The notes under the pieces are model-generated. The model ran no database searches. It was not told where the DNA came from and saw only the letters and a program-made list of their open reading frames with translations. A DNA stretch of 64,000 nt from Octopus vulgaris (taxonomy: Eukaryota), in contig OX597829.1 of assembly GCA_951406725.2 (NCBI GenBank), positions 43,338,001 through 43,402,000 on the forward strand, in the 5' to 3' direction. This document shows, piece by piece, positions 46,107 through 61,023 of this stretch (the first letter of the stretch is position 1; each line of letters begins with the position of its first letter). The position numbers and the translations under genes were made by a program.

Positions 46107-47009
46107 AACAATTGAAGATAACTTCTTAATAAGGAATCTTAACAAGAAATTATCAGGTAGATAGCGTGAAAAACCTCATAAGAGAAAAATTTCGAAAATA
46201 ATTCTTTCTTATTGGTAGAAATGACTGATATCCCTCTTAGCGTGAGGCATGTATGTATAATAATGCCCTCTATATATAAATTATATATATATATATATAT
46301 AAATATATTCCTTCTTCCCGTTTTTCCTGAGCGCCTAATAATACTTTAATTGTTCCACCTCCTTGCGTTGTTGTCTTTTTTGTTTCCTTGTTAGGATTAA
46401 CTTTATATATATATATATATATATGTACGTATATCTACATATAATATATACATGCATGTGTATATATATGTATATATATATGTATATCAATAAGTGTGTG
46501 TATATATATATATAAATATATGTATGCATATCTATATATATAAACATGCACATATATATATAAATATATGTATCAATGTATGTATGAATATGTGTATGTA
46601 GGAACCTGTGATGGTAGAGAATATTTGTGGAGGTGGTAGTTCTGGTGGTGGTTGTGATGGTTGAATGGCAAAAGTGATGCGTGTGTTCATGAATGTGTGT
46701 GTGTGTGTGCATGTATGTGTGCGTGTATGTGTGTGTGTATGTGATGCAGTATTGTTGGTGAGAAGCGATGAAGTTGGTGGTCGTCGTTGTAGTAGCACTG
46801 GTCGTTACGATGGCTGTGGTGGCACTGGTGGTAGTGGCCATGGTGTTGTTGGTGGTAGTATGGTAGTGGCGATAGTTTTAGTGGTAGTACTGGTGGTGGT
46901 GGTGGTGGCGGCAGTGGTTGCGTTGGCGGTGTCGGTGGCTAAATATGCCAGTGGCGGGTGGTCTTCTTTTTGCTCGGCGACCGACTGAGTTATGATAAAG
47001 TCGGTGTCA

Positions 47010-47139
47010 TCAGATGGTGATGGCGGCGGTGCTTGCGGCAATGTCAGTGAGTGTAGGTAGGAGTAGAAAGAAAACGAGGCGGCAGTTAGTTGGTGATCGA
47101 TTTGTAGTCGGTTGGTGACGATAGGTGACGACGATGATA

Positions 47140-47178
<39 letters not shown>

Positions 47179-47543
47179 GTGATGATGACGGCGTTGGCTG
47201 CGGCGGCGGCGTTGGTTTTGGCGGAAGTGGTCGTAACCTTCGTCGTCATAAGTCTCGTAGCTGTTTGCCGTCGTGGTCGTCCATCGCAGTCGCCTTTGTT
47301 GTCGACATCGTCGCCGTCGATGTCGTAGTCGTCGTCGTCGTCGTGGTTGTCCTCGTCGCTGTCGTCGTGGCCGTGACCGTCGCTATCGTCGTGGACGTGC
47401 CCGTCGCTATCGTCGTGGACGTGCCCGTCGCTATCGTCGTGGACGTGCCCGTCGCCGCCGCCGCTGCCGTAGTCGCTGTCCTTCCTCGCCGTCGTCGTCA
47501 TCATCCGGGTAAAAGTAGAGAGTGTGAACGCTGTTGGTGACAT
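47010..47543 (-). CDS. Hypothetical 177-aa low-complexity ORF with DGHVHDDS repeats (coding status unproven)
   Basis: ATG-initiated ORF with an in-frame 24-bp tandem repeat (three exact copies and one variant) inside a CpG-rich island. No recognisable domain. Confidence 0.2.
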
Positions 47544-48178
47544 TGGTACTGCCGCTATGTTTGTGTTTTTGCGGTGCTGGCGCTGACAGTGAAAAAAGAG
47601 GGGGTGTCGGTGTTAGTGTTAGTGTTTGAGTTAATGTTAGTGTTAGTGGCGTCAGCAACAACAGCAGCAGTAGTCGCAGTAGTCGCAGTAGTCGCAGCAG
47701 CAGCAGTAGTAGTAGTACTAGTAGTAGTAGTATTTGTTGTTGTTCTTGTTGTGGTTGTTGTGGTAGTGGAAATAATGTTGTTCTTGGCTTGTTTTCCGCC
47801 ATCACGACCGTCACTCTAGCTATGAATCTAGTCGGCTAACCTGCCGATAAGAGAGATAAGAGAAGAAAGAAAGAAGGAGCCAGTTAGAGTATGAGAGAGA
47901 GAGAGAGAAAGAGAGAGAAATTCAGTGAGAGAGATAGAGAGATACAGAGACGGGAAGTGAGAGAGAGAGAGAGAGAGAGAGGGAGGGAGGGAGAGAGAAC
48001 AACCAATCAAACAGCCAACTTTCTGTCAATCACCCATCCATTCACCACCGTCTTCGCCATCTTAACTATTTTTCCTTTATTCTTCTACTTTTTCTTTTAC
48101 CGCCATCTTTGTTATCTTTTTTCTTTTTCTTTCCTTTCCTTTCGTGTCTTTTCTGTTCCTTTTTTTTCCCACGATTTC

Positions 48179-48267
<89 letters not shown>

Positions 48268-48639
48268 TTTCTAATTCATTTTAAGTTTTAAATTTAATTT
48301 TTTAAAATTTTTCCTCCTTCGATTTTCTAATTTTTTCTTTGTTTTTTTTAAAAATTTTTACTTTAGGTTCGATAATATATAACGTGTACCTTCAACCCCA
48401 CACCCCTCATCCCCACTTTAGTTCTCCCCCTTATTCATCCCCCCCCCACCTCCTACGCCGATTTCTGCTCCTAAAGGCTTTTTCTTCCACCATACATCCA
48501 ATCCACCACCACCACCATAACCACCACAACCACCACAACCACCACCATCACAAAATGACTACTACCAATTTCTTTATTCTCTTCCTTCCTTAACCGCCAA
48601 CCTTCATCCTGACATCATTTACCTTACCCCCTTCTCCGA

Positions 48640-48670
<31 letters not shown>

Positions 48671-48775
48671 GTTGCTGCTGCTGCTGCTGCTGTGTTCTTT
48701 CTACTACTACTATTACTATAACTCCCCTAATTACAACCATCAGCATCATCATCACTACCACCGCCAGCACTGCTG

Positions 48776-48833
<58 letters not shown>

Positions 48834-49172
48834 AACTAGACTACTGCTGCTGCTAAAGCTGTTACTATTGGTGCAAGTTTTACTCCTGCCACTAGCGTTA
48901 CAGGCGAGAGTGCGTCCCCTTGCGTACGATGATGGGTTCGCCGACCTACTGGAAATGATGGTTAAATCTCCCTCAAATTGCAGTTTAGTATCTTTAATTG
49001 ATGATAAGACGATAATAACCCATTTACGTAAGCGGATGCCCCTTTATATACACACCAAAATCCATCCATGGGATGGTCACGTCTTCACTTCTGATGATTA
49101 TTATTAAGATCGTCGGTGAGATATAAGACAAGTACGACAGCGACATGTCCAACAACATAAAAACTGCAGTAG

Positions 49173-49211
<39 letters not shown>

Positions 49212-49237
49212 TTACTACTGCTGCTGCTGCTGCTACG

Positions 49238-49304
<67 letters not shown>

Positions 49305-49322
49305 TCATTACTACTGCTGCTT

Positions 49323-49397
<75 letters not shown>

Positions 49398-49617
49398 TCG
49401 ATTATCCCTTCTTGCTCTTACAGCACTCCATGCTTATTTATTTATTTAATTATTTTGCCACAATACCAAGAGATAGACACCATCACAATCATTGGCGTAA
49501 CCATCCTCCTCCGCCTCCTCTCATCATCATCATCATCACCATCATCTTCATCATCATCATCATCACCATCATCATCATCGTCGTCGTCGTCGTCGTCGTC
49601 GTCATCATCATCATCAA

Positions 49618-49691
<74 letters not shown>

Positions 49692-50015
49692 CCGTTATTA
49701 TCTTGTTCACTACAACTCCATCAACATCATCGGACTGGAGGGTGTGCGTGTGTCTGTATGTTGCGTCTGAGTGCATGTGTGTGTGTGTGTGTGTGTGTGT
49801 GAATGTGTGTGTATGTGTGCGTGCGTGTGTATGTGTGTGTGTGTGTGTCGGCGGTGTGTGTGTGTGTGTGTGTGTGTGATACCCTAAAATTTACAATATA
49901 ATCACACACTTCTCAGGAAATAGAAATGAAACATCACAATAGACAATGTGGTTCTGACTGAGCGGAAAACACACACTCACACACACACACGCACACACGT
50001 ACACACACACGCACA

Positions 50016-50072
<57 letters not shown>

Positions 50073-50104
50073 GCGCACACACGCGCAAAGAGGGGGAAAT
50101 GAGT

Positions 50105-50143
50105 TGGAACGCCTTTGACTATTATATAGTCAAAGGCGTTCCA
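50105..50143. repeat. Perfect 18-bp-arm hairpin
   Basis: tggaacgcctttgactat-tat-atagtcaaaggcgttcca. Confidence 0.95.
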
Positions 50144-51155
50144 GCCGTGACTGTTCAATCAAGTGTGAGCGGGATGGTTAAACAAAAGCAACGAAACAAC
50201 TTTCTGCGGTGTAACCAATTACTTCATAACTAGTTACAAGAACAGCAACAGCAACAACAACACGAAGACCACCACCACCACCACCACCACTACCACCACT
50301 ACCACCACCACCACCACCACCACCACAACCAACACCAATACAACTACCACCATCACCACCACCACCACCACCACTACAACTACCACCATCACCACCGCAA
50401 CTACCACCACCACTACTACCACCACCACCACAACCACCACCACTACAACTAACACCACCACTACAACTACCACCACCACCACCACCACCACCACTACAAC
50501 TACCACCATCACCACCATCACCACCGCAACTACCACCACCACCACCACCACCACCACCACCACCACTGCATGTGTTTGAGAGAGAGAGAGACAGACAGAG
50601 AGAGGAAGAGAGAGAGAGAGTGGGAAAGAGATAGAAATAACAAGTGTGGAGCAGGAGTTCCTGGAAACAGTAGCTAATAAAATCCCTCTCCAACCACACC
50701 TGGGTTACAGTCTTATCTATAAATGTGTGTGCACGCATGTATGTATGTATTATGTATATATTTGCGAGTATATATGCATTTGTGCGTTTATATATATATA
50801 TATATATGTGTGTGTGTTGTGTGTGTGTGTGTGTGTGTGTGTATGCATATGCGTATATATATGTGTGTATATATATGAAAGCACACACGCTCTCACTTAT
50901 ATATGAGCATAGTGTCTAAGTGGTAGGTAACCTTGCTAGAAAGAGTAGTTACATCTCCTTCCATTCAAAAGTTAAATTCATGTGAGCGTAAACGAGCAAG
51001 TGAACGAGAGAGAGAAAGAGAAAGAAGGAGAAAGAGAAAGAGAGAGGGGAGAGAGGGAGAGGCAGAGAGAGGGGAGAGAGGGAGGGAGAGTATGTGTGTG
51101 TATGATTAAGTATCCTAAATGGATGTATTATTTAAACGTATATATGCCTATCTGC

Positions 51156-51186
<31 letters not shown>

Positions 51187-51760
51187 TGTATGTATGTATG
51201 TATGTATGCATGTCTGCATGTATGTGTGTGTAAGTATGTATGTATGTATGTATATATGTATGTATGTGTGTATGTATGTATGTATGTATGTATATATGTA
51301 AATATGTATGTATGTTTGTGTATGTATGTATGTATGTATGTATTTATGTAAATATGTATGTGTGTATAAGTGTATGTATGTATGTATGTATATATGTAAA
51401 TATGTATGTATGTTTGTGTATGTATGTATGTATGTATGTATGTATTTATGTAAATATGTATGTGTGTGTATGTGTATGTATGTATGTATGTATGTATGTA
51501 TGTATATATGTAAATATGTATGTATGTAAATATGTATGTGTGTGTAAGTATGTATGTATATGTGTGCATGTATATATATATGTGTGTGTATGTGTATATG
51601 TATGTCTGTTTGCGTATGTATGTATGTGTATGTATATATGTGTGTATGTGTGTATGTTGGTATGTATTTATCTGTGAATGAATGTATGTATGCATGTATG
51701 TATGTATGCATGTATGTGTGTGTGTGTGTCTGTACATATATATATATATGTGTATGTGTG

Positions 51761-51809
<49 letters not shown>

Positions 51810-52430
51810 GTGATTGAAAGAATGTAAGCATGTGTGAATGAACGTATACATGTGGGAATGTATGTATATGTACGCATGTATGTATGTTTTGCCAAAATGG
51901 GTGACCTGTACATGGCTTCTCCACATGTAAGAAATGGCTGATAAATCTTACTTGAAATCACACCCTCTGGCCTCAAGCGCTGAAGACGCCATTGAATAAT
52001 GTAATTACCCAAAGAAAAGAAAAAAAAAAAAGAAAAAAAGAAAGAAAGAAAGAAAGTAAAAAGGGAAAAAAAGGAAAAAAAGTGAAACAAGTTGTTCAAA
52101 CGAAGTTTCGTAACAACTTTTGATCAAAGGTCTACACGCCCTGTCTGTCCTAGGGCTAAATAAATCAACTACAATAAGATCTGCTACCTCAACAAACAGG
52201 AAGAAGATAATACATGTTAGGCTTTATATTTCTAACAATAAACAAATGAAGAACACATAGGTGTGGCTGTATTTTTTGAAGGAGGACGCAGTTTTGGGTT
52301 CAATCCCTGTGCGGGGCATTTTCGAAAAAGTGTCTTCTATATTTTCGGACTGACCAAGGAAATGTGAGAGAATTTGGTAAACGGAAACTGAAGGATGTAC
52401 GTCTATATTGATTGTAAACAATGTATTTTA

Positions 52431-52750
52431 TGGCTCAGTGGTTAGAGCGCCAAGCTCACAATCATGATTTAGTGAGTTCGATTCCCGGAGCGGGCTGCGT
52501 GCTGTGTTCTTGAGCAAGACACTTTATTTCACATTGCTCCAGTTCACTCAGCTGTAGAAATGAGTTGTGACGTCACTGGTGCCAAGCTGTATCGGCCCCT
52601 TTGCCTTTCCCTTGGATAACACCAGTGGCGTGGAGAGGAGAGGATGGTATTCATGGGCGATTGCTGGTCTTCCAGAAACAAACTTGCTCGGACTTGTGCA
52701 TCGGAACTTTCGAAATGCAATCCAATGGTCATTCATGACCAATGGATGGG
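52431..52750 (+). mobile_element. tRNA-derived SINE, family D
   Basis: A box tggctcagtggttagagc, B box gagttcgattccc, then tgtgttcttgagcaagacact...ttgctccagttcactcagctgtagaaatgag. Confidence 0.85.
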
Positions 52751-52772
52751 GGGGGGGGTCTTTGCACTTTAT

Positions 52773-52807
<35 letters not shown>

Positions 52808-53066
52808 TTCACCCGTTTACTACTGTTTTAATTTCATTATCTTAACTCACTCCAAGTGGAGCAAGAACACGCACGAAAGCGAAAAGTGTCGCTGAAGGGG
52901 TCACAGACGTGTGACGAATGATTTTCGGACAATGAACATGAGTTAAAATAATAAAATAAAAACAGTAATAAACGAGTGAAGAAAAAATATATAGTGCGTG
53001 TGTTTAGCAAAAAAAATTTTAAAAATGACCGTCCCAAAATACAACAATATCTGTTTCAACTCACAA

Positions 53067-53137
<71 letters not shown>

Positions 53138-53269
53138 GGCAAGTACGTATCTATATGCGTGTATGTGTCATTGTGTCTGCATTTGCCCCACTGTCGGTTT
53201 GTTTCTGTCTCTGTAACTTTGCTGTTGTTTGGCATAACACACCAATATAGCTACCAAACTTAATAATCA

Positions 53270-53948
<679 letters not shown>

Positions 53949-55660
53949 TTCATTTATTTGCCACCAGGGCATAAAGTATGGGGGTTTACGTATAATAAAA
54001 TGATGAAAAAGAAAAAAAGGGACATATACATAGCATACAAAAGTTTTAAAAAAAATTGGCGGGGATGCAGGAACGCCTCTAGAGATAATCGAGGAATCCC
54101 ACTGTCCGAGATTTCTTTGAAACCCCGGAAGAAAGTGCCCTCTTCAATTCCTTCTCTCCGACTCAAAGATCTACACTTAGAGAGGTACTATCCACTCTTT
54201 CCATTTTCGCATCTTTCACCCACCTTTCAATAAACTCACTCAAAGATAGCACTTCCCTCTTCACTCTCAATTTCCTTGAGAGCTCTACCAAAAAGGAATG
54301 TATCTGTCTTCATGCCTTTCATCTTGTCCACCAAATAACCTCTTTCGCCACAGCCACAAAGCAAAAGAAAACTGCCTTGCCTGTCCGATTGAAGGAGGGC
54401 GGAGGGGCGATCATCACTACAGACTCGACCGATAGACGGATTTGTCGCACACGTGACAGCAGCTGTTCGACATAACACCCACAAGTCACCAGACGCTGAA
54501 CGAGTGTGTGCAGAACGGCTTCGCCAGTCTGTGTGCACCACGGACAAGTTCGTCTGACAGCACATCCGTGCCTGTAGAGTTTATCTCGAACCGATAGTGC
54601 CCCTCCTTCCCCAGTAGCACTACCAGGTCAAGAACATCTGGAAATTATCCATGATAGTTCCCGACCGGAAAGTCCTCCGGAACAGACTAACCAGTTCATG
54701 TTCGTCGGCGACCAGAGTCACCCCAGAGAACGTCGTCGCACTTCCCCGTCACTAATCCTCTATAAATTTCTAAAGTGGAACATCCACCGATCCAATTGCC
54801 CGTCTGATGGAGGGTTGTGAGCGCCTGACGATATTCTAGAGGCCAGGCACCCAGTCTCAGTCTTTTCTACACCTAGGACCACAGTTCCGTCAAGGAGACG
54901 AACTGCATAAAGACGATCTGCGGGAAGACGAGCCTCACAAACGGCGCCCACACACGCTCACCGTCCAGAAATCGTGGCAGGTGGCGTAACCTTCGAGCGT
55001 GTCTTCGCATTGCATACCTAATCCGTCACTCAAAGGATGCTGGCAACAGATTGGATGCCTGACCATTGGAACGCGTCGCTTCTACAAGAATGTAAATAGG
55101 GGATGCTCCAACCTGGTCATGCAGGAACCGGAACAAGGCACAACGGTCAGGAGATAAATGATAACGGAGACAATGTAGACATTCGCCACCTCTACTCGAC
55201 CTTTCAGGGACAGCTTCCTCTCAGTCCATTTCTGGATAAGAATGGTCACCTTGTTTGCCACCTTGTCCTAGCTCTTATCAACCTGGAGATCTGGCCCCAA
55301 CCAGACCCTCAGCAATTTAATTAGTCCGTCGGTCTAGTGTTCGACGACGCCGTCCAATGGCATCAACCTGCCTCTCCAGGAGCACAACTGCAAACCCACT
55401 GGTTTGTCGGTGTTGATTTTTAGCCCCTGCAACCGACTGAGCTTCCTTTTAGGACGGTGCCAACCGTATATATGCTGACACTGTCCTTCCGTGTCCCAGT
55501 TCGAAAGGGATGCCGTTTAGCTGTTCCAACTCCCACAACAGTGGCTCGAGTGCCAATACGTACACAATAGGTGACAGCGAGTAGCCCTGACTGACCGAGC
55601 GTGAGATGCCTAAAGCTTCCGGTAGGTGCCTATCAACTTTGATCACTGGGCGGGTGCCGC
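53949..55660 (-). mobile_element. 5'-truncated L1/Tx1-clade LINE, decayed RT and C-terminal region
   Basis: ISRSVSQGYSLSPIVYVLALEPL...VSAY (cf. RQGCPLSPLLY..ALEPL, SAYADD), then AKINTDK and KWTERKLSLKGRVEVANVYIVSVIIY. The 3' end has AATAAA running into the (ATC/ATT)n array. Confidence 0.85.
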
Positions 55661-55953
55661 TAATCTATTCGAAGAAAACCCTTCATAGCGGTGCCCCAGC
55701 ATGGCCGCAGTTTACTAACTGAAATAGACAACAGATAAAAGATTAAGGATAAGATATATTGGTAAAGCAGTCCCTTATCACATTTATTTATTTATCTATT
55801 TATTTATTTATTTATTTATTTATTTATCTCGCATAATGTTTGACACACAATCTCCCCGTTGACAAGTGGTTATCTAAATGCCTTTCGACGAGCCGATCAC
55901 GTATGGAACGTCAGTGACGATAAGTGTGTTGAACCAGAGTTGACCTAACGACA

Positions 55954-56031
<78 letters not shown>

Positions 56032-56471
56032 ACTACTACTACTACTACTACTACTATCACGTCGACGAAGACGACAATCTCACGCACCACTACCACCAAT
56101 ACCACCACTACTGTTACCATTTGTACTCTGACCTAAAGACGGAACATCTGGAGTTTTGCATGTTATGTGCATGCGGTTCCACAAACTAGAACAAGCTAGA
56201 AATAGCAGCCAGAACGTCCTCTAATCACACCCCTATTATATTAGAAGAGAGAAACGGAAGTTGCCAAGAGACGATTACATAATGTATTTTTTTTTTAAAT
56301 ACACTTAATTTTTTTATTTCTCTCTAGCTTCAGTCACTTGGCTTAGGCCATGCTGGGGCACCACCTTGCAGGGTTTTATACGAACGAATCGGTCCCAGTG
56401 TACTTTTAGAATCGGCCCCCTCTGTAATTTTAACAAAAAATGCGTACATACATGCTTACATACATACATCG

Positions 56472-56844
56472 TAGTATTCCGTCGGTTACAACGCCGAGGG
56501 CTCCAGTTGATCCGATCAACGGAACAGCCTGCTCGTGAAACTAAACGTGCAAGTATTTGAGCACTCAACAGACACATGTACCTCGGAGGAGATTCAGCAC
56601 GTGACACAGTGTGACAAGGCTGGCCCCTTTGAAATACAGGTACAACAGAAACATGAAGAAAGAGTGAGAGAAAGTTGTAGTGAAAGAGTACAGCAGGGTT
56701 CGCCACCCCAAACTCCCTGCCGAAGCCTCGTGGAGATTTAAGTCTTTTTGCTCAATAAACACCCTGAACACCCGGTCTGGAAATCGAAACCGCGATCTTA
56801 CGACTGCGAGTCCGCTGTCCTAACCACTGAGCCATTACGCCTTC
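56472..56844 (-). mobile_element. tRNA-derived SINE family C
   Basis: Reverse complement of 62090-62459; head gaaggcgtaatggctcagtggttaggacagcggactcgc. Confidence 0.9.
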
Positions 56845-57487
56845 AGACACACATGCATACATACATACATACATACATACATACATACATACATACTTAC
56901 ATACATACATACACACACACATACATACACATACATACATACATACATAATATATATATATATATATACACACATACATACATACATTCATACATACATA
57001 CATTCATACATACATACATACATACATACATACATACATGCGTACATACATACATATATACATAATACGTACATACATGTATGCACGCAGGCATACATAC
57101 ATGTATACATGCATGCATACCTACATATATATATATATACGTGCGTGTGTGTATGCGTGTGTTTGTGTGTGTGCACGTGCATGTGTGTGTGTGTATGTGT
57201 GTGTGTGTATGTGTGTGTGACAAATCCGACTACCAAATCCACTCACAAGGTTCTTGGTCGGCCGAGGGCTGTAGAAGATGACAACTGCCAAAACTGCTGC
57301 GGAGTGGGACCGAACCCGTAACCATGTCGTTGAGCAGCCCACGCCTTCACCTATCCTGAATAGAATAGAAAAGGAAAATAAATACCAGTGGTCACCATCT
57401 TAATGTGCATGAAGTCTAGATCTGCAATATAAATATCAAAATAATGGCAACCACAACAGCAACAACAACAACAACAACAACAACAGC

Positions 57488-57536
<49 letters not shown>

Positions 57537-57736
57537 CACACACACAAACATACACAGACACACAAACACACACACACACACACACACACGGCAGCCAGAA
57601 ACGCAAGTGATGTCTGAGACTTTATTAAGTGCTCACTCGAGTAGGGTTGGGGGTGGGATAGCAGCTAAATCTTCCTCATATCATCATGAAGTCTCCTGTA
57701 GATAAAACAAAAAGGTGTAAATTACACACACACGCC

Positions 57737-57776
<40 letters not shown>

Positions 57777-57899
57777 TAACTACATACATACATACATACA
57801 CACACAAAGAAAAAGTAAAAAAAAAAAAAAGCTGGTTGGTCACGAATGGCATGCTTTTGATCAGAGGTCAACTCTGTTAAGACTGATTTGTGAAGGCTA

Positions 57900-58137
57900 A
57901 GTAGTAACCGTAAAATAAAAACACACAGCCGCTTGTTTTCCTTCTTTTTTTTGTTTCTTTTTTGTTTGTTTTTTGTTTTGTTTCGGCCTTTCATCACCGA
58001 GGTTGTCGTCACAGACGCTGTTGCTGTCGCCATTTTGTCGTCTTCTGTTAAGACAACACTTAACAGAAACAGATAGTTAACTTATTTATTACATTACTCA
58101 GCAACCAACACATCGCCACCACACCACCACCATCACC

Positions 58138-58184
<47 letters not shown>

Positions 58185-58649
58185 CAGCAAAAACAACTTA
58201 TAGCTACAACAAACGCTACCAATACAAACCACTTCCCGCCTTTTACTATCCTACCGCCATTACCACAGTCGCTGTCGCAGCCGCCGCCGCCGCCGCCGCT
58301 AACACCACTAGCACACAAGGAAAACAACAACAACAACAAATATCGCAACGAAATCCTCCATCGCCACCACCACCACCACCACCACCACCACAACAACAAC
58401 AAGCATAGTAACAATCACCGTCTCCATTATTACTGGTATTACAACCTTCAGCACCAGCTATCACCTCCTCCACCGCCACCACTGCCATTACCGCCACCAC
58501 CGTCACCACCACCGTCACCACCACCGCTACTGCCACCGCCGCCGCCTACGCGGCCTGCGCCGCCTTTAGTATCCCCACCGCTGACGTTGCCTTCAGCATC
58601 ACGAACCACCTCCACGTCGGAGCAATTGAAGAACCCACACACGGTAAGC
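57900..58649 (+). other. Candidate host exon or TSS-proximal region ending at a strong splice donor
   Basis: CpG-richer island, YY1-like CGCCATTTTG at ~58029, stop-free Pro/His-rich frame from 58077, ACG|GTAAGC at 58643/58644. Confidence 0.3.
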
Positions 58650-58750
58650 TTGGACCTGCTAGAAATAGAAACCAGATATCTTTTAATCCACATTACACAT
58701 ACTTAAAAAAGGGGACATAGCTCATTGGATAATATACGTACATGGAATCC

Positions 58751-59198
58751 GGATCTTTTCGGTTTGAACGGCAGTTTTTTCTAGCGGTGTCATATGAAAT
58801 TGTCAACCATAATTATGAGCCTAGTATCGATCTATTGCATTTCAATCTGTTTTAGGGTTAAGGTTAGTTAGGGTCAGTTAGGGTTAGGATTAGGGGTAGA
58901 AGTGGGGGAATGGTATCTTTTTTTCTTCAGAAAAGTAAATAAACCCAATCTGCTTCTTAAACGAGGGACATATTCATACGGCACAGAATGTTTTCACCTC
59001 AATAGACGTCAGTGATTGGTTGAAATTGCAGAAATTGAAGAAAAAACCAGCAAATATCTTACAAACTATAGAATTTTCTCAATAAAGCCAAGAGAAAAAG
59101 ATGTTTTATAAACACATTCTACCAGTATACGAAGTTTGAAAGTGTTTAGTTACGTGGAAATTATTTTTAAAAAACTGCCGGTCAAACCGAAAAGATCC
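58751..59198. mobile_element. MITE with ~28-bp TIRs and 8-bp TSD (Merlin- or hAT-like)
   Basis: TIRs ggatcttttcggtttgaacggcagtttt / aaaactgccggtcaaaccgaaaagatcc; TSD tggaatcc at 58743-58750 and 59199-59206. Confidence 0.92.
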
Positions 59199-59301
59199 TG
59201 GAATCCAAATAAATAAGGCATAGTCACGGCCGAAATGTTTTTCAATCATATATCTTGTGCAGCCAATGTCAACCTGGAACTTTAACAACGACAACAGCGG
59301 C

Positions 59302-59402
<101 letters not shown>

Positions 59403-59678
59403 CTGAGTCTTCTCTGTGTAGTTGCTCAAACAGGTAGAAATAACTGCCAAATCTAACTCAAACCAAACTCCAGTGTTTAGGCAAAAGGAACGAGATTGTT
59501 TGGTAGACGTTCCTTATCCAACCCACGTGCTTTCACGTTGAATCCAACAAGGAAGAACATTGGCCAATTGTCTGCAAATGACCTGTGGGACTGGATTTGA
59601 TACACTTATGTATGTATGTGTGTATGTGTGTATGTGTGTATGTATGTATGTATCAATCTATGTATGTATGTATGTATG

Positions 59679-60090
<412 letters not shown>

Positions 60091-60239
60091 ATATAAAATA
60101 AATATATATGCATATATACATACGTACATGTACATACTTATATATATATATATATAAACAATTGCAGCGTGGAAGGTGTTTATAAGCCATTTAAGAAACA
60201 CACAAAAACCGTTAGATTCACTTCAACATTTAAATTTAA

Positions 60240-60290
60240 TTTGTCAAAATATTTTCGTCGCTTTCAGACCGCGAACTGTTCACTGACAAA
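60240..60290 (-). ncRNA. Minimal hammerhead-like motif with a G3-C8 core variant
   Basis: Minus strand: tttgtca-GTGAACA-gttcgc(ggtctgaaa)gcgac-GAAA-atattt-tgacaaa. Confidence 0.6.
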
Positions 60291-60617
60291 ACTTCTTGCT
60301 GCCTCAAGTACATCTCCGCGATATATATATATATGTATGCATATGTGGACACAGGACGTCATGAAACGTGTACAACAACAACAAAAATACGAAGTATGGG
60401 TACATGGAATATGAACTATTTTTCGAACAACGAAAGACACAAATGGAAAACATAACAAACAACATAAAGAACGACCCTTCATCAGTTGCTCGCTGTTTTT
60501 CTACTCTCGTATTTCGAGCATTTAACAACAATATACGCTTTAGATAAAACATTTGCTGCCGCAAAGGAAATTAAATAAGATGTTGGATTTTGCGGAGGTT
60601 TGGTAACACAAACAGGA

Positions 60618-60709
<92 letters not shown>

Positions 60710-60761
60710 GTCTGTATGTCTGTCTATCTGTCTTTCTATCTATCTATCTATATATCTATCC

Positions 60762-60808
<47 letters not shown>

Positions 60809-61023
60809 TCAATATAGGGTGGCAAAAAAATTTTGTAGAATTTCTTTGCCACCAGCGGCCTAGTGGGAAAAAATTAAATAGTCATAGACCATTTATAAGT
60901 TCAACATCACAATCAAGGAACGGCCATAATAGGCCATTCACCCACTAGAAATAACAGCCAAAGCTTCAACCGCAAAATAACATTAATTCCGCAAACCAGG
61001 AGAAAATTAAAAAAACATTTACC

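Noticed and set aside
58852-58900. True telomere or chromosome-fusion site
   Set aside because: Only a few degenerate units, located inside a TSD-flanked MITE.
60355-60510. Minus-strand CTGATGAAGGG...CGAAA as another hammerhead
   Set aside because: I could not establish stems I and III by eye. It is probably a PLE-type terminal fragment but is unsupported as a ribozyme.
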